DNA of 64,000 nucleotides from Octopus sinensis (lineage: Eukaryota), in contig NC_042998.1 in the NCBI RefSeq assembly GCF_006345805.1, positions 141,298,001 through 141,362,000 on the forward strand, given 5' to 3'. The notes beneath the pieces were generated by a model. The model was given only the letters and a program-made list of their open reading frames with translations, searched no databases and had not been told where the DNA came from. Position numbers and translations under genes: made by a program. Positions 12,884-25,689 of the stretch are shown piece after piece. Positions within the stretch are counted from its first letter, which is position 1. Each line of letters starts with the position of its first letter.

Positions 12884-13677
12884 GAGCAAAACGCGCCCCG
12901 TCCAATGGACGGTGCTGAGTTGTCAAATATTCAAACCAAATTTTCTCAAAACAACTTGTCCGACCGTCCCATAGGACTTCCCTTTGATAAACACTGATTT
13001 AACCTAAATTTGAAACACTAGCAAAAGAAGAAATAAAAATAGACTTCTTTTCTATTCCAAAGGAAAACGATTTTATCCACACAAATATGCAACCGAAGAG
13101 TTTAAAGTACCAGTAATGATAAGGCTGTTGACTGGGAGAACACAAACATGGTAAATCATTTATTAGCTAGAAAATAGTATTTTCCACCTTGAATAAAAAA
13201 CAATCAGTGTTTTCTTTTCATTAAAAAATAATTACGCATGCCTTTATTTCAATAAAATTTTGGGTTTTGTTAAACGAAGTTAAGGCAAAAAAAAAACTTC
13301 TTGAGAAACCAAATAGTCTTTCCTTCATTCATGCCAAGTTTCAAGAAAATATCTCTTTGCATCTTACTTTTTTGGTCTCTTAAATATACTGCATTTTATG
13401 GCATTATTTCAAGCCAGCCGGCTTTTTTTGTGCAAACTGCACGTGCATTTTTCTCGCAATTACAACAGCTGATGTACTTGCGCGTGCAAATGCACGTTCC
13501 CACGGCTTTATCGATCGCATTCTCACCTAGAATCGATTGTTGTAATTTTTTCAAGACTTATACACGCCCTGATACAGTCGGTATCTACATATCAAATTTG
13601 AGCGCAATCGGATGGAGGATGCCCGAGATCCTAGAAGACACACACACAGACAGACAGAACGGATTTTATATAATAGA
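12883..13677 (-). mobile_element. Non-autonomous Helitron
   Basis: Minus-strand 5' TCTATTATATAAAA; 3' hairpin CCGTCCATTGGACGG followed by CTCG|T; A/T target, no TSD; second copy at 46188-46572. Confidence 0.8.
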
Positions 13678-13795
13678 TATGCATGTATGTATATATTTAT
13701 ATGCATATATATATATATTTATATATATGCATGTGTGTGTGTGTGGTGTGTGTGTGTGTGTGTGTGCGTGCGTGCATATCTATATGCATCTGCTA

Positions 13796-14850
13796 AAATA
13801 TCGAGGCTGTCTGCGAATAGTGACATCTTCACGCAGAACATCCGGCACCACAACGAAGCACTGGCCAGGGTTGGGTACGCAGAGAAGATCTCATACATAC
13901 CAGCGGTGGACATCCCGGTTCCCACTTTTAATCACTTCCTGACGCATCGAAACTCTGAGTTAATTACGCAAGACCATATAATAGGAGGCACGGATTTACG
14001 CCCACGCGAATGTTGGATAGGTACACAACACCCAACAAATGTGGTCACTAAGAAATTAGACCCTAATGAAAAACTTGTCGAACAACGCCCTAAACAAAGG
14101 AGCAAACCCAACACACGTAAGCAAGGTCTTACGGGGTGCTCTGATCTGCAGCATAGAAAGTGGAATAACCGGGCACGCAAGTAGAGTATAATATGGTTCA
14201 ACCCTCTTTTTGCATTGACGTACCCGGTATTTTCTTTAGAGCACTAGACAGGCACTTTCCTCCCACACACAGATACCACAAAATCTTTAATAAGCACAAC
14301 TTAAAGTTATCCTATTCGACTACACATAACTTTGTACATACTACAGCTACCCTAAAGAAAATATTGGATCCTAGGACAGATTCGGATCCACCATATAATC
14401 CTGGTAAACCTCTTTACCCCAGCCCGGCCCAGAATACGAGTGACGCTAACGGCCAGCAGGTAGTTAATAACACGGTACCTCATCCCATACATTCGGCAGA
14501 ACTGGGGTAACTTAATAGAACCCCGACTATGCAAGATCCCACACGGCTCTATAACAGTTGTAGACCTTCTACGTGTTCCCTGGACAATCAGTGCCTCAGG
14601 AAGAACATAGTATATAGGGGCACTGTTACTACCGATAGTAATACCTTCCACTACATAGGAGCCACTGCTTCACAATTTAAACGTAGATTTTATAATCACG
14701 TCCACTCTTTTAAGAACTACAGTAAGCATAAGTCCACATCGCTAGCAGAGTTGATATGGGTCTTAAAACTGAAGAGGGATCCATTCGTGATTTCTTGGTC
14801 TGTGGAGACGTCTGCACTCCCATACTCGAGAGGAGGAGGTGAATGCAAGG
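13796..14850 (+). mobile_element. Penelope-like retroelement remnant (RT thumb/linker plus GIY-YIG endonuclease)
   Basis: ISRLSANSDIF..EALARVGY; WFNP..FFRALDRHFPPTHRYHKIFNKHNLKLSYS; CSLDNQCLRKNIVY...YIGAT..FKRRFYNH..TSLAELIW. Confidence 0.85.
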
Positions 14851-14874
14851 AAGAGGTAAATATACAGCTGAAGG

Positions 14875-17125
14875 GGTACATTCCCGGAGGAACGAAAACT
14901 ACAGTGACTCAGACACTATATTTGGAACTATGAAGGTATTTAAACGTTCTAACAAAATGCGGACAAGTACCTTTCCAACCACAGACAAAACCGAAATCCC
15001 ACGAAAATTACCACACAGATCCTTTGGCCCCGATTTATACAAGGAGACTAAAATGGCATCAATCCAGTCTTGAGGCACTTTCTCAGTTCTCCAACAGTGA
15101 CAAATTGAACAGTGACAAATTAACATATTTAAGAGTTCAAGCATTTTGTCACCCCTATATTTCAAGAATTCTGCACATATTCCATCAGACCCTGGAGACT
15201 TATTGTTATTCAGCTTATTCACAGCAAAATAAATGTCATTTAGAGTTGATTCAAATGCCATTTCTTCTATAACTGGAAGGTGTTCGATTTTTTTCTATCG
15301 TCCTCATGTCAGTGGATGATGATCTATTCAAAAGTGCAGGAAAATGTTCTACCCAGTGCTTATGAATAGAAACGGTGTCGGTCAGAAGCAAACGTCCATT
15401 TGCTGTTCTCACTGGAGCTATTGGAGAAGATTTTGGGCCATATACCTCCTTAACATAAGAGTACAAACCCTTGGCATCATTTCTATCAGCTGCTATCATT
15501 CCTGTTTAATTTTCCTTAGAGAAGTCTGCACTTTCCTTTTCGGCTTTCTGTAAGCTTCGTTTGAGTTGGGATTCAAGGACTTTGAAAGAAGTGTAATGCC
15601 TAAGTTTTGTTTTTCTAAAAGTCGATCATGAATTTCTGCTGATCTATCTGATTTAAATCCCACTGACGAACTTGCAGCCTGAAATACTTTTGCTTTGAAA
15701 TCTTCCCATAGATTGTTTGGGTCAAAATTGATACTTTCTAGAGCATCGTGGAATCTTTGCAAGTTGCTTGATAATTTAAAGTTTGCAACATTTAACTTTT
15801 TGGGTACCTTAGGGACAGACTGACGATTTTTAGGCATTATCGAAAAATCTATTTTTCCACGCACAAGATGGTGGTCCATCCAGCTCTCTGCCCCTCTCAT
15901 GACCCGAACGCTAGAAACGTCTTTCGTATCACGTTTTCTGATCAGAATATAATCTATGAGATGCCAGTGCTTAGATCTTGGATGCATCCAGGTAGTTTTA
16001 TATTTATTTTGCTGCTTAAACAGAGTGTTGGTGACAACCAGATTATTCTCAGTACAAAACGTCAAAATAGCTATTCCATTTTTATTACATTTTCTAATCC
16101 CATGTCGACCTAAACAGGCTATGAAATCTCCCAATATGACTAGCTTGTCAGAAATTGGTACTTACCTCAATAATTGTGCTAGATCATCATAAAACTGTCC
16201 TACATTTTCATCAGAATGGGACATTGTTAGTGCGTAAATACTGACAACAGAAAGAAACCTACCTTTTGTCAGTTTAATACGGCATGACATGATCCATTCA
16301 GATATACTATTTGGAAGCTCTGCACCCAACACCAGATTCTCTACACTAACCCTTAGGTAGGCCTCTCCAAAAGATAGTATATCCATAAGTAGGTTCATTT
16401 ACTTGACCCTCACCAGAGAGATGAGTTTCAGAGAGCGCAACTATATCAAAGTATGGAAAAAATCCAAAACGTTTAATCCATAACTGTTAAAAGAACTGTA
16501 TTCTGTATTCCAGAACAATAAAAAGAAGGTAAATCATAAGCTCACGTGCAATAAGTGCAGTACGCCTTTCTGGCCTCTTGTTGAAATTATCATCAGGAAG
16601 TGTGCGCACATTCCAACAACCGAAATTCAAAGGATGTTTATTTTTACTTTTTCTTGAAGAATGTTTGATTACAGTGGCAGGATGACGAACGGGTCCAGCC
16701 TGTGATACACTGGGACACCTGCCGAGCCAGACCTGTTCCCCTGACGTTCCCAAGCCTTTTTTTGCCATTTACTGAATCTGCTTGAGACATTTTAGAGTAA
16801 GTTACAAATGCATTTTTAGGTTTCTGCCAACCAAACAATTCAATGATTTTACTAAGATTTGGAATACAGGAAGTACCTGTGCAGATGAATAATTTTCAGT
16901 GGATGTAGCTTGCACTGCACTACCCCCACCTATTGGCCCAAGAAGACTTTCACCGGTGTGACGTGAAAATTGACAAGACCAGGAACTTCCAAGGCCTCAG
17001 GTTTTATTTCAGAGATTTCCTTCTCCTAGGCAGATTACCAACCAAGGTTAAAGAGCTTCTACCTGCCCATGAGGTAAGCTATCCCATTCCAGACACCAAA
17101 CCGACACTCAAACACTCTATAAAGT
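14875..17125 (-). mobile_element. RTE-clade LINE: 5'UTR, APE endonuclease and start of RT; 3' part lost; pseudogenised
   Basis: GCWNVRTL..RPERRTALIAREL, DIVALSETHL, MGDF, TTWMHPRSKHWHLIDYIL, DHHLV, KSPGSDGI, NFRGISVLSVVGK; RTE-type 5'UTR ctaggagaaggaaatctctg. Confidence 0.92.
16452..16538 (+). repeat. 87 bp direct copy of 18838-18924 inserted in the RTE
   Basis: About 2 mismatches in 87 bp; interrupts the AREL..YFDIVAL reading frame. Confidence 0.85.
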
Positions 17126-17387
17126 GATAAAATATCACTCCAGTGACCGACGCGGAGTAGCTCATTCATACATAAAAAAAGTACGATATGTGATTTGCAT
17201 ATGTAAATAAGAATTAAATATAGATAATATATATAAATATAAAAAAAGTAAAAGATATGCAATAAATATAAATATGTATATAAAAGTAAAAATATACATA
17301 TGTATATACATATATAAAAGAAATAAAAAAGGTACGATGCGTCAATAAGAATTATTTAAGAATTAAATATAAAGCATTAAATATATT

Positions 17388-17554
17388 AACGTAAGGGGGA
17401 TCAGCCATCTGAATGTGGCTAGGGACAGGGCGGGGTGGTGGGGGTGTTACTGATGCTTTTAGCCCCAGGCGATCATCAACGTCACCAGAAGGGCTGACAC
17501 CCCACAGCCCCACTCTGTCCCTAGCCACATTCAGATGGCTGATCCCCTTACGTT
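17388..17554. repeat. GC-rich fold-back element with ~60 bp inverted arms
   Basis: aacgtaagggg(g)atcagccatctgaatgtggctagggacag... and its reverse complement flank a ~45 bp spacer. Confidence 0.85.
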
Positions 17555-17599
17555 GTCGAGCAGTTACTGTTTATATCTCGTTCAGAGATTTATTATTAA

Positions 17600-17643
<44 letters not shown>

Positions 17644-17656
17644 CATACATATAAGC

Positions 17657-17687
<31 letters not shown>

Positions 17688-17733
17688 ATATAATATATAT
17701 ATATACAGATATATATATATATATACCTTAGGA

Positions 17734-17765
<32 letters not shown>

Positions 17766-17800
17766 TCATATAGGCATAGATATATATGCGTATAAGCATT

Positions 17801-17832
<32 letters not shown>

Positions 17833-18054
17833 AGCATATATATATATATATGCATATATATATATATACATATATATATATATGCATATATATATATAAG
17901 AATATATATATATACCATATATATGTGTTTGTGTGTGTATTTGTCTGCGTGTGTGTATGTATGTGTGTATATCTTATATCATACTTATGGATGCTGGCTA
18001 TTTATTTGGAAGGTACGCTGATACTGGCTTCTGAAAATACCCTCTCGTCTCTCC

Positions 18055-18090
<36 letters not shown>

Positions 18091-18134
18091 TATACACATG
18101 AATGTGCGCGTGTGTGTGTGTGTGTGTGTGTGTA

Positions 18135-18227
<93 letters not shown>

Positions 18228-18929
18228 CACAAATCTTCCGACTTTTATTCTCCGACGAGACTATACTTTAAGCGCCTCAGTGTACATCAACATTTTCAAT
18301 GTTCCGTTTTCACAGCCTGTTGATGTATTAGCCATCTCTGATATTAGTTACCAAACCAATACTAATATGCAAATGAGTTCACCGTTGCTTGAGTTACGAA
18401 GCATTTTCTGTATGACCAGTCACTGATATTTTTTTATAAGCTATCAGGACAGCAGGGTTAAATGAGTTTTGATGAGAGATTAAGGAATTGCAAAGCTGTG
18501 GATTAGTTTGATAATCGCCTAAAATTGTCCAATAAAACTGTCACTTTATGTCCCGATGTTCAGTTCACAGAACGACCATATAATATACTTTAATATATGT
18601 GTATTTGTTTGTCGTACATGTGTGTATATGTGCGTATGTGATTAATAACAGGCTTACTCACAATCTTCGTTACTTAGAGTTTCGTAGTTGCAGGTACACT
18701 TCTACATCATCAGACGTACAAGTGAGGAAGTAGATACAGTTGTACAACTACGAAACTGTACAACTGAAATTTTTCTTGTCAGTTACATTTGGGTGGATTT
18801 CCAAAAACTAGAACACTGGTTGAACAGTAAACAAAAATATGGAAAAAATCCAAAACGTTTAATCCATAACTGTTAAAAGAACTGTCTTCTGTATTCCAGA
18901 ACAATGAAAAGAAGGTAAATCATATAAAG

Positions 18930-20380
18930 TCAAATAAGTCAATAGTCAAGTCGCAGCAAGTCATTAGAGAGAATGAAGCGCAATGGTAGGTTGGCTTTGT
19001 TCTTGCATGTGGCATGTAGTTCTTGTATCGTCTTAATTGCTCGCTCACAGCGTTGATTGCTTCTGCTGATGTTTAATTTTGATGGCTCTTGTTTCCGGTG
19101 ACTTGTCAAGCATTTCAAAGCAGTCTTGTTGGGTAGTAAGGCTTGTGATAGCTCTGCATAATCTTCAGCTCTATACTGAACCAGTGGTCTACCCAGTCAT
19201 ATGAGATGAACTGGCAGACCATCTCCAATCTTTCTCTCACATGTGGAATGAAGAAAAATGCAAGAAGGGCTAAGATTGCTGGCATTACTGATGTTCGAAT
19301 TTTTCAGAAACTTGATGAAAGATGGGTCTCCGTTTTCATGGAAGAACCTGAAGTGGAACAGAAACTTCATATCATCTCTCCAGCCAGCTTGATCTTCAAT
19401 AACATGAGTTCTATTCTGGAAGGAGGCTTGGAGTTCTTCACAAATTGTTTCTGAGTCCTTTGACAAAAAATATTCGATGTTGGGTGACTTGCTTGCGCCT
19501 GCTAGCTCCTCATCCATAACAACGCGTAGAATTCTATCCAAGACAAGGTGTTGACAGTTCACGAATTATGGCTTGTCATGGCCTTTCGTCAAGAACATTC
19601 TCTGCAATCTAATTACTACCCCACTCTTTTGTCCTGTATTTACACTCGTCGTATCAGCAATAAACATTGAGTTTGTGTCCTACAAGTGAAATTTGTCCAA
19701 GACGCTTTTCAATCATTCTGCAATGGTCTCAGCCTTGCCATCACACAGCTTCAGAGCAGCCAGCTTGATTTCACCTCTTTCATTCTTAGTGATAACCGCT
19801 TGATATTCATTTCCGTCAATATGTTTACCATCGAAATGCAGGCTCCGTTTCTGATTGCGTAGTATATTGATCAAGTGTTTCTTCATTTCACCAGATTTCT
19901 TGAAGAGTACCTCGTAAATGCTTTGCTGACTAGGAGCTAGGATATCAATGCCCTCCTCTGACAACTATTTTCAGATTTTCGAAGCTATGTTGGCAGAGAC
20001 GTCTGTACCAGTCACAAGTCTCGTAGCAATTTCAGATTCCTTGCGCCTTCTTGTGAAGGAATAAGAGCCACCACTATCACTATCATTTTAATCAACTCTG
20101 TCATCTTCACCATAATTGTACTTTTCAATATCTTCTTCAGAGTCACTTGTCAGTACCCAGGGCCTTGGGTTTGATAAATAATGGGAGGCTTCAGCATCTC
20201 TTGGAAAGATGGATAGTGTGCTTGCTTGCAGCTTTACCTGTCGAATAGCCCACTTTGCCCTTGCTTTGAAGCTGGATGGAGTACAATTTTTTGTTATCAG
20301 CATTGAGCTTTTCACTGTGGACTTTGGTGATATCGAGCAGTTCTTCTAATGGCTCAAATTTTCCTTTCTTGGCGCATCCC
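18930..20380 (-). pseudogene. hAT superfamily (hATm-like) transposase pseudogene
   Basis: LHFDGK, KAETIA, DTTSVNTGQKSGV, NCQHLVLD and SNQRCERAIK motifs, with stops and frameshifts; TIRs not identified. Confidence 0.75.
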
Positions 20381-20433
20381 TAATGTGTTTACACACACAC
20401 ACGCACATATATATTTATGTATATATATTTATG

Positions 20434-20466
<33 letters not shown>

Positions 20467-20469
20467 ATG

Positions 20470-20697
20470 AAGGTGCATGGGTTAGTGGTTAGGGTGTTGC
20501 ACTCACAATTGCGAGATCGTGTGTTCGATTCCCAAACCGAGCGTTGTGTTGTGTTCTTGAGCAAAGCACTTCATTTCACGTTGCTCTGTGATCATTTTGT
20601 CATGTGGCTCACGGTGCTACTGTACATGTGATCTGTGTGGTTGTTCGGCAAGAAATTGCCGAACCCTCATATGTCGTCTAACGATGGGAAAGTCCAT
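20470..20697 (+). mobile_element. tRNA-derived SINE family C
   Basis: A-box TGGGTTAGTGG, B-box GTTCGATTCCC, gtgttcttgagcaaagcactt and (ATA)n tail. Confidence 0.75.
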
Positions 20698-20719
20698 AAT
20701 AATAATAATAATAATAATA

Positions 20720-20795
<76 letters not shown>

Positions 20796-20798
<3 letters not shown>

Positions 20799-21092
20799 GC
20801 GCATGGCCTTGTGCTTAGGGGGTTCACTCACGATCGCTAGATCGGGAGTTCAATTCTTAGACTAGTTGATGCATTGTGTTCTTGAGGAAAAAACCTCAAG
20901 TTATTCTACGATCACTTCAGCACCTGACGCGTCACACACAGAGCACCTGTTCAGGCAACGTCAATGTGATGGAGAGAGTGATGGAGAATGTACGGCGCGA
21001 ACATTTTATCACTGTAAACAAATCATTTTGTGCAGGTTGTTCACTCATAAGCGCAGGATGAACGCTCAAACGTCGTCTTCGACGGGAGAGTC
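20796..21092 (+). mobile_element. SINE family C, second copy
   Basis: Same head (ggcgcatggc...gagttcaattc) and same 3' end (gtcgtc..cgacgggagagtcc). Confidence 0.7.
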
Positions 21093-22971
21093 CTAGCAAA
21101 CGCATCCGTTCTTTGGACGGTTTAAGTTGCTTTGGTGGTATTTTTTTTCACCAAATAATTGGACTACCGAGAAGGTTTATGGGTAGTACGGCAATCTACG
21201 TTTCAGATTAACCTAGGAACAGAAAACCAAATTGATGGCTGGTTATTGTGGAGGTCGTTGCACTTTAATGATCATAGAACATATAAGTTTGCAAGCAAAG
21301 CAAAGTAGAACTACTGAAGTGTTTTGGGAGTATTTTATGGATAATGACTACAAAATGAAAGCAAAATTTCTTGTCAGAAACAGCCTCATAAATGGTGTAA
21401 GGCAATTGAAGGAAAGCGTAGAAACTTCCCCGCTGCAAGTTTAGTTTATTCAATAGCAAAGGGAATTATTTTTTCAGAGAGAAGTATGATTGGTACGTTA
21501 AAAAATAGCAATATAATACCTACTCGTAGGTATTATATAAAGTTAAAGGAATATATTTTCTACTTGCTTACAGTGTATGACCACTCTGATATTGACTTCA
21601 GGTAACGTAAAATGAAGACATGAAGAGTTTGACTTCATTTTATGAATACTGCGTTGAATCTTTAGTAGTTCGCAGAGAAAAGATATCGCGTTCTAAATAT
21701 CATAATGGATAGGTAAATAAGCATCCTTAAAGTGGAACAACGTATTGGTAGATAAACAAAGGTATCAACAAATAGAAGATAGGGGGGAACATCACGTTTC
21801 AAGTAACTCAGAATAAGTAAAGGTAAGCTTGCCAAAGTTTAATGCAGTTTAAATAAGGAGATTAAGATTGTTTGGCATTGGATATTCATCGTGTACAGTA
21901 TTCCTAGTCAATTTAATAATCGTCGCAGGTGAACAGTAGAAATAAATAAATAGACAAAATCCTTTCACTTTTATAATATTCTCTAACCAAAGGCGGCGAG
22001 TTGGCAGAAACGTTAGCACACCGGGTGAAATGCTTAGCGGTATTTCGTCTGCCGTTACGTTCTGAGTTCAAATTCCGCCAAGGTCGACTTTGCCCTTCAT
22101 CATTTCGGGGTCGATAAATTAAGTACCAGTTACGCACTGGGGTCTCTGTCCTTGTTTGTCCCCTCTAGGTTTAGCCCCTTGTGGGCAATAAAGAAATAAG
22201 AAACGTTAGCACACCAGGCGAAATGCTTAGCGGTATTTCGTCTGTATTTACTGAGTCAAAATCCCGCCGAGGTCGACTTTGCCTTTCATCCTTTCGGGGT
22301 CGATCAATTAAGTACCAGTTGCGTACTGGGGTCTATCTAATCGAGTGGCCCCTCCCCCGAAATTTCGGGCCTTGTGCCTAGAGTAGAAAAGAATATTCTC
22401 CAACCAAGTAAAAATTTACAGTTACAACATATAAATAAATAATCACCTGTTGCGTACTGGAGTCGATCTAATCGACTGACCCCCTCCCCCAAAATTTCGG
22501 GCATTGTGCCTAGAGTAGAAAAGAATATTCTCTAACCAAGTGATAATATACAGTTACAACATATAAATAAATAATAACAGGTGGACAGTCGAAATAAACA
22601 GACAAAATACTTTCACTTTTATAATATTCTCTAACCAAGAAATAATACACAATTACAACATATGAATAAATAATAAATTTTAAAAATGTGAAAATCACTA
22701 AAACGTATTCTCTAAAGCCAATGTACGACCATATAGATTAAAAAAGTATGGAAGACCCTACATACAAAAAAACTATGTACAGGCTACGAATTAGAGAAAA
22801 TCCCTTGTAAACCACCGTTTTCCGGGTTTGTCCATCTATGTTGGAGTTCTAGATAAAATGTTATAGTGCATGACCATCCTTGGAACATAAGTAATGTGTG
22901 TGTAAAGTTTGGTGAAAATCGGTTGAGAATTGTGGAAATGTATGCGTTTGTCAATATACACACACATACTG

Positions 22972-22985
<14 letters not shown>
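21093..22985 (-). mobile_element. Non-autonomous Helitron with an internal ~100 bp tandem repeat and SINE insertions
   Basis: Minus-strand 5' atatataaaagcag...ccgattttcaccaaactt; 3' hairpin CCGTCCAAAGAACGG followed by gtttgCTAG. Confidence 0.6.
21989..22530 (+). mobile_element. SINE family B tandem cluster with TSD aatattctc(t/c)aaccaa
   Basis: Two head-to-tail units plus an extra 3' fragment; TSD flanks the dimer. Confidence 0.85.
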
Positions 22986-23016
<31 letters not shown>

Positions 23017-23702
23017 TATATATATGCGTGTGTGTGTGTTGTCGTTGACTGGGTATAACACCAATGTTGGCAGATTATAGAATATATTTGATGGAACATG
23101 CCTTTTGCGTATCACTTACTTTATTGATCACTCAAGAAAAGACAAGCAATTTGGATATGAATGTAAATATGGAAAGAAACTAATTTAGATATTAAAAAGA
23201 GATATCTATATTATTTATTTATCATTTATTATTTTTTTCATTTCCGACTCAAAAGAATTATAAAAAGTGAAGAAAACCGTTGACATAATCTAGTGAGCAT
23301 TTACACACCACACACACACACACACACACACACACAACACACACACACACACGCACGCACACACACACATGCACACACACACATCAATTCAAACCTTGAT
23401 GTGACGCAGACCCTCACCTTTCGCGTTGGATTCTGTTTACCGATACATAAATACATACATATTATAACCCATTACGTGTGTGTGTGTGTGAGTGCGTATT
23501 TGGAGAGACGGAGAGAGAGTGTGTCTATGTGTGTGTGTTTGAGTGTGGTGTGGGAAATAGGCTAGTGAAATTACTGAAGTGCCTTATCCTTAAGTAAATA
23601 TGATTTGCCAAGCCCCTGCTAGCCATTAGAAGCACTTTTACAGTCATCATTCCATCCATCTTATTTATTCATTCTCCCTCTTTTCTTTTCCCTCTCGGTG
23701 TT

Positions 23703-23703
23703 T

Positions 23704-23736
<33 letters not shown>

Positions 23737-23746
23737 CACCACCACC

Positions 23747-23805
<59 letters not shown>

Positions 23806-24122
23806 AACAGGAACGTCATCCCGACGCAGGCTGGCTTCCAAACTAGTTTCATTTGTTTTTATACCTAATGTTGCTGACAAAAGCGACATGTTGTTGTTGT
23901 TGGTGGTGGTGGTGATGTTGATGAATGAAGGCGATGATGATAGTTAACGACAATGACGGTGATGATGATGATGATGATGAAGATGATGATGATGATGATG
24001 ATGATGATGAAGATGATCATCATCATCATGACAGTGACGACATCGACGACGATGAGAATAATGATGAGGACAATGATGATGAAGACAACGATGATAAGGA
24101 CAATGACGATGATGATGAGGAA
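23703..24122. repeat. Compound trinucleotide microsatellites (CTA/CCA/GAT)
   Basis: Read directly from the sequence. Confidence 0.95.
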
Positions 24123-24350
24123 GGTTAAAATTACAATAATTAAGGTTCTTATAACCAGTATAATCATTGTTATTGTCATTGTTTAACCCCAGGTCAAGCA
24201 TCCTAGCTATGACCATCAAATTTGCTATTTTTTCTGTTTTATCTTTTTTTTTTCAGCCAAAGAATCATATTATCCAATATATTATGGCAGGATCTACTGA
24301 GGTTCGTTTATGTCCCCATATCTTAGCAGTTCAGCAAAATAGCTCGATAT

Positions 24351-24522
24351 AGGCGCAGGAGTGGCTGTGTGGTAAGTAGCTTGCTAACCAACCACATGGT
24401 TCCGGGTTCAGTCCCATTGCGTGGCACCTTGGGCAAGTGTCTTCTGCTATAGCCCCGGGCCGACCAATGCCTTGTGAGTGGATTTGGTAGACGGAAACTG
24501 AAAGAAGCCCGTCGTATATATG

Positions 24523-24553
<31 letters not shown>

Positions 24554-24762
24554 CTGTGTTTGTCCCCCTAGCATTGCTTGACAGCCGATGGTGGTGTGTT
24601 TACGTCCCCGTTACTTAGCGGTTCGGCAAAAGAGAACGATAGAATAAGTACTGGGCTTACAAAAGAATAAGTCCCGGGGTCGAGTTGCTCGATTAAAGGC
24701 GGTGCTCCAGCATGGCCGCAGTCAAATGACTGAAACAAGTAAAAGAGAGAAAAAGAGAAAGA
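24351..24762 (+). mobile_element. Young SINE family A inserted into an older family A copy
   Basis: Full-length near-consensus copy; the old copy runs 24300-24350 and resumes at 24763. Confidence 0.9.
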
Positions 24763-24827
24763 GAGTAAGTACCGAACTTAAAAAAAAAGAAAGAGATAAG
24801 TTCCGGGGTCGATTTGTTCGATTACAT

Positions 24828-25689
24828 CAGTGATTCTCAACCGGGGTCCACATGGCCCCTGTAGGTCCATGTAAGATTTTGTTGCTAAAACTTATCTGCA
24901 TTAAATTGGTTATACTTGTACAACACAAAATATTTTAGTTTTTTAATGCAATTCCTAATAATATTTAATCATAAAAGCGGCGAGCTGGCAGAAACGTTAG
25001 CACGTCGAGCGAAATGCTTAGAGGTATTTCGTCTGCCGCTACGTTCTGAGTTCAAATTCCGCCGAGGTCTACTTAGCCTTTCATTCTTTCGGGGTCGATT
25101 AAATAAGTACCAGTTACTCACTAGAATCAATGTAATCGACTTAATCCCTTTGTCTCTCCTTGTTTGTCCCCTCTATGTTTAGCCCCTTGTGGACAATAAA
25201 GAAATAAGAAACGTTAGCACGCCGAGCGAAATGATTCGCGTTATTTCGTCCGGTATCCTACGTTCTGAGTTCAAATTCCGCCGAGGTCGAATTTGCCTTT
25301 CATCCTTACTCACTGGGGTCGATATAATCGACTTAATCCGTTTGTCTGTCCTTGTTTGTCCTCTCTGTGTTTAGTCCCTTGTGGGTAGTAAAGAAATATG
25401 TATTTCGTCTGCCGCTACGTTCTGAGTTCAAATTCCGCCGAAGTCGACTTTGTCTTTCATCGTTTCGGGGTCGATAAATTAAGTACCAGTTGCGTACTGG
25501 GGTAGATCTAATCAACCGGCCCCTCCCTCAAAATTTCGGGCCTTGTGCCTCGAGTAGAAAAGAATATTTAATTATAAAAATATAATAGGAATTTTTTAAA
25601 CAACGAATGGCTGCTGGGTTGGGTGGGGGTCCTGTAGACTAAAATTGGAACCAAAGGGGCCCATAGTTTAAAAATGTTGAGAAGCACTG
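24828..25689. mobile_element. hAT/Charlie-like MITE interrupted by a SINE B cluster
   Basis: TIRs CAGTGATTCTCAAC / GTTGAGAAGCACTG; decayed 8 bp TSD gattacat/gactgcag. Confidence 0.8.
24975..25566 (+). mobile_element. SINE family B trimeric cluster
   Basis: Three units, TSD aatatttaat(c/t)ataa. Confidence 0.85.

Noticed and set aside
21940-22680. Regularly recurring direct repeats resembling a CRISPR array
   Set aside because: Explained by SINE TSDs plus a ~100 bp tandem unit; eukaryotic context, no unique equal-length spacers and no cas genes
23865-24219. Acidic poly-Asp or poly-His ORFs
   Set aside because: Degenerate (GAT)n microsatellite
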